The notes under the pieces are model-generated. The model did not search any database, was not told where the DNA came from, and saw only the letters and a list, made by a program, of their open reading frames with translations. A DNA stretch of 64,000 bases from an uncultured Planctomycetales bacterium (lineage in GTDB: Bacteria > Omnitrophota > Gorgyraeia > Zapsychrales > CAYRXT01): NCBI GenBank assembly GCA_964428315.1, contig CAYRXT010000003.1, positions 4,151 to 68,150 on the forward strand, given 5' to 3'. Below are positions 50,293 through 59,151 of the stretch, one piece after another (position 1 is the first letter of the stretch; each line of letters opens with the position of its first letter). The position numbers and the translations under genes were made by a program.

Positions 50293-51464
50293 GAACTTTT
50301 TAACTCCTTCCTCAAACTCTTGATGACATGACGAACCTGCCTGGTGTCCATCCGGGGATGCAACGGGATTGAGACCGTCCCGGCATAATGGCCCTCGGCA
50401 CAGGGAAAGTCCTTGGGGGACAAACGGAAATATTTCCTATAAAACGGCTGACGGTAAAGCGGTATGTAATGGACCTGTGTCTGGACTCCCTTTCTCTGGA
50501 GCCGTTCCATAAACTTTTTCCTCGTCGTTTTCCTTTTCGCGAAATCAACACGCAAGACGTACAGATGCCAGCCGTGCCTTTTCCCCTGCCCTCCGTCGTC
50601 CGGCAGGACCAGTCCGTCAATATCCTGTAAGGCCTCCGAATAGGCCTTCGCGATCTCTGTCCGCTTCGCGATAAAGCCAACCGCCTTTTTGAGCTGGCTC
50701 AGCCCCAGTGCGCACTGAACATCGGTGATGCGGTAATTGAACCCCAGCTCCCGCATCTCGTGATACCACGACCCAACCGAATGCGCCATGCCGGGGGTCT
50801 TGGTAACGCCGTGCGTCCGCAAAGCGCGAAGGCGTTCATAAAAGCCTTTATCATTCGTCGTGATCATGCCGCCTTCACCGGTGGTGATGGTCTTCAGGGG
50901 ATGGAAGCTGAAAACCGTCATGGCCGAGTGCCGGCAGGACCCGACCTTAACCCGGCGCCCCTGATGTCTGTACGCCGCGCCGAGCGCGTGGCAGGCATCC
51001 TCGATGACAGTAAGTTTCCCGCGTTTTGCCGCCGCGGCGATGCGCGGCATATCACAGGGCAGTCCGGCGAAATGGACGGGCAGGACCGCCTTTGTCCTTT
51101 GGTTTATCCTTTTTTCCAGTTCTCCGGGATCGATGTTTCCCGTCCGCAAATCGATATCGGCGAACACCGGACGCCCGCCGGCATAGACAACGGCATTGGC
51201 CGTGGCCATGAAGGTGACAGGCGAGGTGACGGCCTCATCGCCTTTTTTGAGGCCTGCCGCCAGGCAGGCCAGATGGAGCGCCGCCGTCCCGCTCGAGACC
51301 GCCACGGCATAACGGCTCCCGCAATAGCGCGCGAAGGCCTTTTCAAATTCTGCGACCTTCGGCCCCTGTGTCAGCCAGTCTGATTTAAGGACCCGGACGA
51401 CTTCCCGGATATCGTGATCATCAATCGACTGCCTTCCATAGGTAATGCCTTTCTTTGTCCCCAT
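50289..51464 (-). CDS. pseC: UDP-4-amino-4,6-dideoxy-N-acetyl-beta-L-altrosamine transaminase (PseC-like DegT aminotransferase)
   Basis: ITYGRQSIDDHDIREVVRVLKSDWLTQGPKVAEFEKAFARYCGSRYAVAVSSGTAALH is the PseC-type N-terminus. The Lys is in ...FSFHPLKTITTGEGG. Confidence 0.75.
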   Translation of the reverse strand: MGTKKGITYGRQSIDDHDIREVVRVLKSDWLTQGPKVAEFEKAFARYCGSRYAVAVSSGTAALHLACLAAGLKKGDEAVTSPVTFMATANAVVYAGGRPVFADIDLRTGNIDPGELEKRINQRTKAVLPVHFAGLPCDMPRIAAAAKRGKLTVIEDACHALGAAYRHQGRRVKVGSCRHSAMTVFSFHPLKTITTGEGGMITTNDKGFYERLRALRTHGVTKTPGMAHSVGSWYHEMRELGFNYRITDVQCALGLSQLKKAVGFIAKRTEIAKAYSEALQDIDGLVLPDDGGQGKRHGWHLYVLRVDFAKRKTTRKKFMERLQRKGVQTQVHYIPLYRQPFYRKYFRLSPKDFPCAEGHYAGTVSIPLHPRMDTRQVRHVIKSLRKELKSS

Positions 51465-51466
51465 CC

Positions 51467-52432
51467 TTATTCTTCCTCTTTTGCGATCTTCTGCAATGCC
51501 TCGACAGACAACCATTGCGTGTTGTTGTCACTGCGGTATCCCTCAAAATGCTCGTCCAGAGGCCTGCCTCCGTTTTTGCGTTCCTTGTGGCGGACGACAA
51601 ACGGATACGTGATGAAACGGTCTTCATACTCATACGTGTAGATGCCGTCGTCTTTGGTCACGAGGATCTCGTGAAGTTTTTCCCCGGCGCGGATTCCGAT
51701 AATGTCCTGTTTGCATTCCGGGCAGATGGCGCGCGCCAGATCGGTAATCTTCATGCTGGGGATCTTGGGGATAAACACCTCGCCTCCCTGCATGTCGTCC
51801 ATACATTTCATGACGAATTCAACGCCCCGCTGGAGGGTGATCCAGAAACGCGTCATCCGCTCGTCCGTGATGGGCACCGCGCCCTTTTGGCGGCATTCCA
51901 CGAAAAACGGCACCACGCTTCCCCGCGAACCGAAGACGTTGCCGTAACGGGCCACGCTGAATTTCGTCCCAAAAGGAGAATAATTGTTGGCCGCCACGAA
52001 CATCTTTTCCATGCACAGCTTCGTCGCCCCGTAGAGGTTGATGGGATTCGCAGCCTTGTCCGTGCTCAGGGCGATCAGCTTTTTCACCCCGCAGTCTATG
52101 GCCGTGTTGATCACGTTCTCCGCGCCGATCACGTTGGTCTTGACGGCCTCGAACGGGTTGTATTCCGCCGTCGGGACGATCTTCAGGGCCGCGGCATGGA
52201 CAACGATGTCTACGCCGTTGAACGCCCGTCGAAGCCGCTCGGGATCCCTCACGTCACCGATGAAATAGCGGATGGCGGGGTGAGCGAAATGCTGGCTCAT
52301 CTCGTATTGCTTCATCTCGTCGCGGCTGAAGATGATGAGTTTTTTCGGCCGATGCCTCGAGAGCAGGGTCTCGGTAAATTTTTTGCCGAACGACCCCGTA
52401 CCGCCCGTAACCAAAATGGTCTTTCCGTCCAT
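51467..52432 (-). CDS. pseB: UDP-N-acetylglucosamine 4,6-dehydratase (inverting), PseB/FlaA1-like
   Basis: ILVTGGTGSFGKKF, ...STDKAANPINLYGATK... About 320 aa, PseB/CapD short form. Confidence 0.8.
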   Translation of the reverse strand: MDGKTILVTGGTGSFGKKFTETLLSRHRPKKLIIFSRDEMKQYEMSQHFAHPAIRYFIGDVRDPERLRRAFNGVDIVVHAAALKIVPTAEYNPFEAVKTNVIGAENVINTAIDCGVKKLIALSTDKAANPINLYGATKLCMEKMFVAANNYSPFGTKFSVARYGNVFGSRGSVVPFFVECRQKGAVPITDERMTRFWITLQRGVEFVMKCMDDMQGGEVFIPKIPSMKITDLARAICPECKQDIIGIRAGEKLHEILVTKDDGIYTYEYEDRFITYPFVVRHKERKNGGRPLDEHFEGYRSDNNTQWLSVEALQKIAKEEE

Positions 52433-52456
52433 GCGTTCTCCTTCAGTTCTTTTCCG

Positions 52457-54277
52457 TCATTTTTGCAGTGAATCCATCAGATAAAATTTTCCCTTCCTGG
52501 CCAGAAGCTCCTGATAGGTGCCGGCCTCGCAGATCCGTCCGTCTTCAAGGACATAGATCACATCCGCGGTTTTTACCGTCGAAAGCCGGTGGGCCACCAT
52601 GACAATGGTCAGATGGTCCTTGAGTGACTGTATCGTATCCTGGATCATGCGTTCCGATTCCGAATCGAGTTCGCTGGTGGCCTCGTCCAGTATCAGCAGT
52701 TTCGGTTGTGTCAAAAGGGCTCTCGCGATGGCCACGCGCTGGCGCTGTCCTCCGGAAAGTTTGATGCCATTTTCCCCGATCACCGTGTCCCACCTCCTCG
52801 GCCACTGTCCGACAAAATCCAGGATATGGGCCCTTCGCCCGGTCTCTTCCAACAACGCCTCATCGGCAACCGGATTGGCCACGGTCAGGTTTTCCCTGAG
52901 CGTGCCGTCCAGAAGGGACGGCTGCTGCGTCACGTAAGCGATCTTCTTGCGTAACGACCGCTTGTCCAGATCACCATGGGGCACCTCCCCGTAATAGATC
53001 GCACCTTCCTGCGGCGAGATAAGACGGAGAATCAGATCAAGCACCGTTGATTTTCCGGCTCCTGATCCCCCTACAATGGCCACGGTCGTACGCGGTTCGA
53101 CCACCATGTTCAGCCCGTCCAGGACCCTGCCGCCGGCCGGATAAGAAAAAACCACGTCGGTGAAACGGATCGGCTTGTCTTCGCAAAAGGACTGTCCGCC
53201 GTTGTCCTCCTGATGCGCCTCGAGTTCGCCCAGGTGTCTCTGCAGGGAACGGTGCATCGGCATGGTGCTGTCGAGAACGGCGTAGATCGTCGCCAGGGCC
53301 GTGAACTGGGGCGCGATCCGGAAAAAGATCAGCAGGATTACCAACAGCGTCGCGTAATCCAATGACAGCGCCTCATGGAAAAATATGATAAGTAAAAGGA
53401 AGGCCGACGTGGCGACCATGCTCCACATCCGCTGGAATTCCATGTGCACATACTGCCTCTTGTAGGACCGGCTGACCTGCAGGATCAAATCCAGTATCTT
53501 CTTAATGAACGCCCCCCCCAGAAGCGACGTCTTGAAAAATTTTCTGTTCTGCTGGAAACCCGTCATCACGTTGGAGAAGGCCGTCAGCTGGAGATTGTAT
53601 CTGTCCGCTATACGGTAAACGAAGCTTGAATTGATGATGCTGACCAGGCCTATAATGGCGTAAATTCCCAGGGCCAGAAGGGTAACCGGAAAAGATAGTG
53701 TCATCGCTATGGCCAGAAAGACAAAGACCTGGAAAAAGTTGATGAGGACCCGCTGGGCGCTCAGGTGGGCCTCGCTCGCCAGCTGGGCCTCCTGGATCAC
53801 CGCGTAAAAGACGCCGCCCGAGCGGCTCTCGGTCAGCCATAACCAGTCGGCCGTTAAATACCGGTTGAATATCCTTTCCCGGTAGGATCTCAGGAGCCTT
53901 TCTCTGGCAAAGGCCGCGATCAGGCTCGAGACGCTCACCAGCACCTGGCCCGCGATGATAAAAATTCCCGCCGATACCAGCAGGACATGAAAAGACGGCT
54001 CGATACCCATAGCCTGCAGGGGCTTGACGACGAACGGCAGCAGCCCGCCGCCGCCATCCGCCGTTTGACCGCCCCGCATGAATTCCAGGACCGGGATCAG
54101 GACCGGGAGCCCCACGAAACTCGCCGCGCCGCTGACAGCCTGCGTCAAGAGGATCCACCCGAAATACGGCGTCGAAACAATAAGCCGAGATATATATCTC
54201 AGCTTTCTCCAGACCTTATTCAGCATTTCCAGGCACCACATTTTTTCCGAAGGGGATTCTGTTCCACAACCGCTCAT
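52457..54277 (-). CDS. ABC exporter, fused TMD-NBD (MsbA/PglK/Wzk-like lipid-linked glycan flippase candidate)
   Basis: Six-TM N-terminal half. Walker A GGSGAGKST, ABC signature LSGGQRQRVAIARAL, Walker B LILDEATSELD. True start may be M13 or M18 (54241 or 54226). Confidence 0.85.
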   Translation of the reverse strand: MSGCGTESPSEKMWCLEMLNKVWRKLRYISRLIVSTPYFGWILLTQAVSGAASFVGLPVLIPVLEFMRGGQTADGGGGLLPFVVKPLQAMGIEPSFHVLLVSAGIFIIAGQVLVSVSSLIAAFARERLLRSYRERIFNRYLTADWLWLTESRSGGVFYAVIQEAQLASEAHLSAQRVLINFFQVFVFLAIAMTLSFPVTLLALGIYAIIGLVSIINSSFVYRIADRYNLQLTAFSNVMTGFQQNRKFFKTSLLGGAFIKKILDLILQVSRSYKRQYVHMEFQRMWSMVATSAFLLLIIFFHEALSLDYATLLVILLIFFRIAPQFTALATIYAVLDSTMPMHRSLQRHLGELEAHQEDNGGQSFCEDKPIRFTDVVFSYPAGGRVLDGLNMVVEPRTTVAIVGGSGAGKSTVLDLILRLISPQEGAIYYGEVPHGDLDKRSLRKKIAYVTQQPSLLDGTLRENLTVANPVADEALLEETGRRAHILDFVGQWPRRWDTVIGENGIKLSGGQRQRVAIARALLTQPKLLILDEATSELDSESERMIQDTIQSLKDHLTIVMVAHRLSTVKTADVIYVLEDGRICEAGTYQELLARKGKFYLMDSLQK

Positions 54278-54443
54278 GGACGAAATAAAGAACCATTTTC
54301 ACAAGGGCCTCCACCCCTCCGACAGAGACGGCCAAAACGATCTTCCCGGTAAAAATATATACGATCAATGTCGTGGTCAACGTGGCCAGGCACCGCCAGG
54401 ACAGGGCCTTCAAGAGAGAACGGCGTTTTCTTTCGCTAAACAT
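54216..54443 (-). CDS. DUF2061 small membrane protein
   Basis: ...RKRRSLLKALSWRCLATLTTTLIVYIFTG...GVEALVKMVLYFVHERLWNRI... matches the DUF2061 consensus. Start at M41 of the ORF-track translation. Confidence 0.5.
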   Translation of the reverse strand: MFSERKRRSLLKALSWRCLATLTTTLIVYIFTGKIVLAVSVGGVEALVKMVLYFVHERLWNRIPFGKNVVPGNAE

Positions 54444-54454
54444 ATGACCTCGCT

Positions 54455-55282
54455 TTATTGATAAAATCCCCGCACATAATTCATTTTCATCAACACCAGG
54501 GCCCAAAGTGAACCCGTAATATCCCGAAATAACCGAACCTTGGAGCGCCGGTCGTTTCGCCACAGCACCGGGACCTCGCAGATATTCAGACGGTGAAGCA
54601 GCGCGATATAAATCAGTTCCGTGTCAAAGGCCCAGCTGCAGATCCTCTGCCGAGAAAAAATAATCTCCGCCGCCTGCCGGGAATACATTTTAAAACCGCA
54701 GGTGAAATCGCTGATGCGCGAACCGGTCATCCACTGCGAGAGCCGCCGGAATCCCTCACCGAAAAATCTGCGCGCCCAGGGCTGTTTCTCCTGATAGGAA
54801 TCGCTTCTCATCCGCCGGCTTCCGATAATGACATCACAGTGATCTTCATCGGCCTTCTTCATAAATTCTTCAACCGCCCGCAGATCCGTCGAAAGATCAA
54901 CATCCATGAACAAACGGTAATCCCCCCCGGCCCGCTGCATCCCGTGACGGATCGCGTACCCCTTGCCGCGGTTCTGTTCATATCCGGCAACCCGGACCGT
55001 ATCCGACTCCAGACTTTGGGCAATCTCCCTCGTCCTGTCGTTCGAGCCATCGTCCACAATGATGATCTCATAACCCATATCCAGCGCATCCAGCTTTTCC
55101 TGTAGTGAGGCCACGTTCCTGGATAATGTCATCTCCTCATTGAAAGCGGGTAAAATCACAGACAGCAATGTTCTCCCTCCGTCACTCCGGTCAAGTATGC
55201 CCAGCGGTCCCGGCCTTCCTTCTCCTCCAGCCGATCCCTTGCGCAATAACGGAATCCCAGCACCATCCCACAAAAAAGGCAT
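54455..55282 (-). CDS. GT2 polyprenyl-phosphate sugar synthase-like glycosyltransferase
   Basis: ...LLSVILPAFNEEMTL...IIVDDGSNDRT...MDVDLSTD... True start is probably downstream of the ORF-track M (a non-ATG start is likely), because the 5' end overlaps the upstream GT-C gene by ~90 nt. Confidence 0.7.
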   Translation of the reverse strand: MPFLWDGAGIPLLRKGSAGGEGRPGPLGILDRSDGGRTLLSVILPAFNEEMTLSRNVASLQEKLDALDMGYEIIIVDDGSNDRTREIAQSLESDTVRVAGYEQNRGKGYAIRHGMQRAGGDYRLFMDVDLSTDLRAVEEFMKKADEDHCDVIIGSRRMRSDSYQEKQPWARRFFGEGFRRLSQWMTGSRISDFTCGFKMYSRQAAEIIFSRQRICSWAFDTELIYIALLHRLNICEVPVLWRNDRRSKVRLFRDITGSLWALVLMKMNYVRGFYQ

Positions 55283-56558
55283 AAAGGGCCATAACCCAAA
55301 CTATTTGCCTATGCAGAAACCAGTATCCGGCATGCAAATCGGCAAGGAGTTTCAACTGGATCGGTACAATGACCACAATCAGAAAGAAACCGACCTGCCG
55401 ATAGCGTTCTTTATGGGGTATGATAAAGGCCAGCAGAATTCCGTTAATAAGCCATTTCAATTTCTTGACCCCCGTCATGTTGCCGAACACGGTCCTCAGG
55501 AAGTTGTTCAAATTGACGATAGGATTGGGAATATAATCGAAGGTGTTCATTCCCACTTTGGTGGCGAAAGAATAGGACAGCGTGGTGCCTCCGGTGGCAT
55601 ACCAGAAAAAAACCAGCATCCCGGCAAGGCCGAAAGGCCACCAGCCGCGCACGACGGATCGGCAAACATCCTTCAGCGGCCTGTGCTCAGTTTCGGACAG
55701 CACAAAAAACAACAGGCAGCAGCCGATTATCATTATGCCGTAGGCATGGTACATCACTGTGAGGACAAGGAACAAGCCGATCATGGTCTTGCGCAGAGAG
55801 CCCAGCCTTTCCGGCCGGACAATCTTATCCCCGAGATAAAAAACAATCAGGGCCAGGGTCGGCAAAACCGCGTACGGTCTGAATTCGAAGGCATGATAGA
55901 CCAGGTTTTTGTTTAAGCTGTATAGGGCAAAGGCCGCCGTGAATCCCGCGAGCGTCCTGAAATATTGGCGGCAAAGCAGATAGAGCACGATAAACCCGGC
56001 TATGCTGAACAGGATATGCGGGATCGCCAATCCCCATTTGTTGTGGCCAAAGATCTGGACGAAAGGATAATTGAGCAGATACTCTCCTGGAAAACAGGTG
56101 CGTTCCCCGTATGTCAGCCTTAACCAGAAGGGTTTGAACGGGCCGAGGGTGTTCTTGATCTGGTTCAACTCGTCGGTCCAGAGATTCCTGTTCGCCAGAG
56201 TCTGAAAACGCCAATAAAGACCAACCATCGTGAAAACGAGAGCCACGATCGGCCTGATAGACCGGCTATGCCATTTACCTTTATTGTTTCGGCAAAAACG
56301 GCCGAGCCATTTTCTGATTCCCGGTACTGGCGGCCAATCAGAAAAGCGCCGGGCGCGTCCCCCTTCCATTCCCGAGGGATCTCCCGGCCTTTCCCCGTCG
56401 TATGCGAGAAACAGGCAGTATCCCTGCCGGATGAAAGGACGGGACATCATCCTGATATTGGCCAGTGAAAGGCAGATGCGGCGGGCAAGGCGGTTTCGGC
56501 TTCCGGATGCATGTGGCGCAAAGGCAGAAATGAGCTCTAACTCTTTTTGCTTGAGCAT
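55191..56558 (-). CDS. GT-C fold membrane glycosyltransferase (ArnT/PMT-like)
   Basis: Ten or more TM helices from ...IVALVFTMVGLYWRF... onward. The ORF-track start (56585) is a TTG inside the promoter/operator; the first ATG is at 56558. The ~100 N-terminal residues are Arg-rich and may not be coding. Confidence 0.45.
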   Translation of the reverse strand: MLKQKELELISAFAPHASGSRNRLARRICLSLANIRMMSRPFIRQGYCLFLAYDGERPGDPSGMEGGRARRFSDWPPVPGIRKWLGRFCRNNKGKWHSRSIRPIVALVFTMVGLYWRFQTLANRNLWTDELNQIKNTLGPFKPFWLRLTYGERTCFPGEYLLNYPFVQIFGHNKWGLAIPHILFSIAGFIVLYLLCRQYFRTLAGFTAAFALYSLNKNLVYHAFEFRPYAVLPTLALIVFYLGDKIVRPERLGSLRKTMIGLFLVLTVMYHAYGIMIIGCCLLFFVLSETEHRPLKDVCRSVVRGWWPFGLAGMLVFFWYATGGTTLSYSFATKVGMNTFDYIPNPIVNLNNFLRTVFGNMTGVKKLKWLINGILLAFIIPHKERYRQVGFFLIVVIVPIQLKLLADLHAGYWFLHRQIVWVMALYAFFVGWCWDSVIAQGIGWRRRKAGTAGHT

Positions 56559-56578
56559 GTTTATTGTCTTAAAAATAA

Positions 56579-56595
56579 TGTTCAATGATTGAACA
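56579..56595. promoter_or_regulatory. perfect 7-3-7 palindrome tgttcaa-tga-ttgaaca overlapping the predicted +1 of the sigma70 promoter (candidate operator)
   Basis: Direct reading: tgttcaatgattgaaca is its own reverse complement. It lies 3-16 nt downstream of the -10 hexamer. Confidence 0.5.
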
Positions 56596-56597
56596 AC

Positions 56598-56625
56598 ATT
56601 ATAAACATACCAGCTTGAGTGTCAA
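56598..56625 (-). promoter_or_regulatory. near-consensus sigma70 promoter (TTGACA-N16-TATAAT) heading the minus-strand super-operon
   Basis: The reverse complement of 56591..56630 reads atttcTTGACActcaagctggtatgttTATAATgttgttc. The -35 is at 56620..56625 and the -10 at 56598..56603, with a 16-nt spacer, inside a 160-bp AT-rich island. Confidence 0.55.
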
Positions 56626-56745
56626 GAAATAAACGGAGAGCAATTTATATGAAATAGTTTATAACTTACTGCAAATACAATAGTTGCAAATATCCTGGCC
56701 CGGGGGTGGATTTTTTTTCATATAAGTACTAATAGTTCTAGTATG

Positions 56746-58146
56746 TTATATAAATTTTAGACTTCTGCAAGCAATCCCGCACATTTTCAATAGAAGCTGG
56801 CCATGGCGGAACCGGCTTATCTGGGATGAACCGTACCGGCGGGCCTGATAACGCACAGGAAGATCGGTAATTTTCAAATTAAGCTTTGCGGCCCCAAAAA
56901 GCAAATCAAAATCCCCAAAGGGGTCCATCTCTCCGAAAGAGGAACGTTGCGCCATAATGTTTTCATAATGCCCTCTGGTGACAACCTTCGTCCCGCACAG
57001 CGTATCCTTGACGTCCTGTCCGAGCAACCAGGAAAACAATATGGAAAAGAATTTATTGGCAACCCGGTTCAGAAATCGCATGGCATGAGGCTCCATGGGA
57101 TAAACAAGACGGCACCCGTTGATCAATTCCCCTTTATTCGTCAACAAGGCCTCATAAAATTTTGTGAGCTCCTCAGGTGGCACGGTCAAGTCCGCATCGA
57201 GGATCATAAAGATGTCATGGCGGGCCTCGCGGAAACCGAGACGCACGGCATCGGCCTTCCCCCGCCCTTCCTGACGTATGAACCGGACGGATTTATCCGG
57301 ATAGGCTCGGATGACACTTTCGATCTCCTGAGAAGTCCCGTCATCGGAACCTCCTTCCACGAAAATTATCTCCTGCTGACCGGCCATCGAGGGAATCCGA
57401 CGGACGGCCTCCTCGATGTTGCCTTTTTCGTTCTTGGCCGGGATCACCACGCTGACCGAACGGGCATCAACGGCCTCACACCGAGGCCTGGCCACGACAA
57501 AATGATTGAGTGTCAGCGCCTCGAACAAGGGCAGCCGCGCCAAAAATCGGTTTAAAAATGCACTGACAAAGAAAATCCTTTTGGGAAAGAGCGTACAGCG
57601 GGCCTTGCGCACGGTCTCCCAGCCGCTCAAACGCAGAAAGTTGGCGATGTCGTGATAGGTCAGCCAGTTCTGTTCCGGCTGGGGAATCTTCCACCCGCAT
57701 CTTTCTCCGAGCCGCAAGATACACTGCCAAAGGTAAGAGTAATACTCAATGATCACACGGGTACCGGGATGGCACCATTGTTTTAAACCTTCAAAAAATG
57801 CCTGGATATCATCCAGTTCGCCGACAAGACCCGAAAGGATGATATAGTCGAACGGTTCGTCACTGGACCAGTCATCAAGCGCACAGGCTTCGAAATGCAG
57901 ATGGGGGAATTTCTCACGGGCGATGCGGATGGCCTCCGCACTGATATCGATCCCCGCACCGTAAGCGGGCCGCACGGCATTTAGCAGTTCACCCGTTGAA
58001 CAGCCGACTTCCAGGACGCGCTTGTGCGGCGGGATGAAAAAAGCGTACTGCTTGAAAAGGAGCTGATAATAATAGGCGTTTCGATGGAAAAAATCGTCGC
58101 GGCGCGGCGCGAGCCGGTCATAATGTTCGGCAAGATGATCTTTCAT
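56746..58146 (-). CDS. bifunctional class I SAM-methyltransferase (N-terminal) / GT2 glycosyltransferase (C-terminal)
   Basis: N-terminus ...RVLEVGCSTGELL...DYIILSGLVGELDD... (MTase). C-terminus ...VSVVIPAKNEKGNIE...FVEGGSDDGT...LDADLTVPPEE... (GT2). Confidence 0.7.
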   Translation of the reverse strand: MKDHLAEHYDRLAPRRDDFFHRNAYYYQLLFKQYAFFIPPHKRVLEVGCSTGELLNAVRPAYGAGIDISAEAIRIAREKFPHLHFEACALDDWSSDEPFDYIILSGLVGELDDIQAFFEGLKQWCHPGTRVIIEYYSYLWQCILRLGERCGWKIPQPEQNWLTYHDIANFLRLSGWETVRKARCTLFPKRIFFVSAFLNRFLARLPLFEALTLNHFVVARPRCEAVDARSVSVVIPAKNEKGNIEEAVRRIPSMAGQQEIIFVEGGSDDGTSQEIESVIRAYPDKSVRFIRQEGRGKADAVRLGFREARHDIFMILDADLTVPPEELTKFYEALLTNKGELINGCRLVYPMEPHAMRFLNRVANKFFSILFSWLLGQDVKDTLCGTKVVTRGHYENIMAQRSSFGEMDPFGDFDLLFGAAKLNLKITDLPVRYQARRYGSSQISRFRHGQLLLKMCGIACRSLKFI

Positions 58147-58269
58147 GAGCGAGAATTGGTTCTGCGTGCAGGCACTCCTAGCGACGACCCGGCCTCCTGG
58201 ACCGGATGACTGCGGATAATCTCTCCTTTTTGCCTGCCGTCACGCGGATTCCATGTTATAATATCATCC

Positions 58270-59151
58270 GTGATGCGGCCTCTCACAGAAATTTTTAATC
58301 AAAAGAAACGCACCTTTTCCTTTGAACTGTTTCCGCCCAAGACGCCGGAAGGTTATAAGAGACTGCTCTCGACGATCGAGCGGCTCGCACTGCTCCAGCC
58401 GGATTTCATATCCGTCACCTACGGCGCCGGCGGGGGCAACCGCGAAAAGACCCTCGATATCGTCGAGCACATCCAGACAAGGCACAAGATCACCGGCGTG
58501 GCGCATCTGACCTGCGTCCGGCACACGAAAAAGGAGATCGCGCGCATCGTCAATGATATCCGCCAGCGCGGAATCCGGAACATCCTCGCGCTGCGGGGCG
58601 ATCCGCCGCGCGAGGACCCCGACTGGCAGCCGACCGAAGTCAACTTCCGCTTCAGCTACGAACTCACCCGGTTTATCCATGACAATCATCCCGGCCAGTT
58701 TGCCGTCGGTGTGGCGGGCTTTCCGGAAGGCCATGTCCTTTGTCCCGACAAAGATTTAGACGCGCGGTACCTCAAGATGAAGATCGACGCGGGGGCTGAT
58801 TATGTCATCACCCAGCTTTTTTTCGATAACCGGGATTACTTCGACTATGTCGGCCGCCTGCGCAATCTCGGCGTGGAGAAACGTATCATCCCCGGCATCG
58901 TACCCATCACGGATTTTAAGGGTATCGTGAAATTCTGCCGCAGCTGCGGGGCCACGATCCCTTCAAAAATGCGATCGATTTTTGAGCCGATTCAGGATGA
59001 CAAAGAGGCCGTCATGCAGGCGGGCATCGACTACTGCCGTGAACAATGCCGGCAGCTGCTGGCCGGTGGCGCGCCGGGTATCCACTTTTACGCGCTTAAC
59101 AAATCCCATCCCGTGGACGTGATCCTTCCGGCATTAAGGCAACTCCCCTGA
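58270..59151 (+). CDS. metF: 5,10-methylenetetrahydrofolate reductase
   Basis: ...FSFELFPPKT...ISVTYGAGG... are MTHFR signatures. 293 aa. Confidence 0.85.
   Translation: MMRPLTEIFNQKKRTFSFELFPPKTPEGYKRLLSTIERLALLQPDFISVTYGAGGGNREKTLDIVEHIQTRHKITGVAHLTCVRHTKKEIARIVNDIRQRGIRNILALRGDPPREDPDWQPTEVNFRFSYELTRFIHDNHPGQFAVGVAGFPEGHVLCPDKDLDARYLKMKIDAGADYVITQLFFDNRDYFDYVGRLRNLGVEKRIIPGIVPITDFKGIVKFCRSCGATIPSKMRSIFEPIQDDKEAVMQAGIDYCREQCRQLLAGGAPGIHFYALNKSHPVDVILPALRQLP

Noticed and set aside
56681-56710. GC-rich segment followed by T8 (cctggcccgggggtggatttttttt) as a rho-independent terminator
   Set aside because: The T-run is on the plus strand, where no gene ends, and the GC segment cannot form a convincing stem (CCCGGG with no loop). 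On the minus strand it is an A-run preceding the GC segment. It is more likely part of the AT-rich promoter island.
56648-56710. 20-codon minus-strand ORF MKKNPPPGQDICNYCICSKL upstream of the promoter
   Set aside because: It has no Shine-Dalgarno sequence, a tiny size and sits in an AT-rich region, so it could arise by chance. Noted only as context for the regulatory island.
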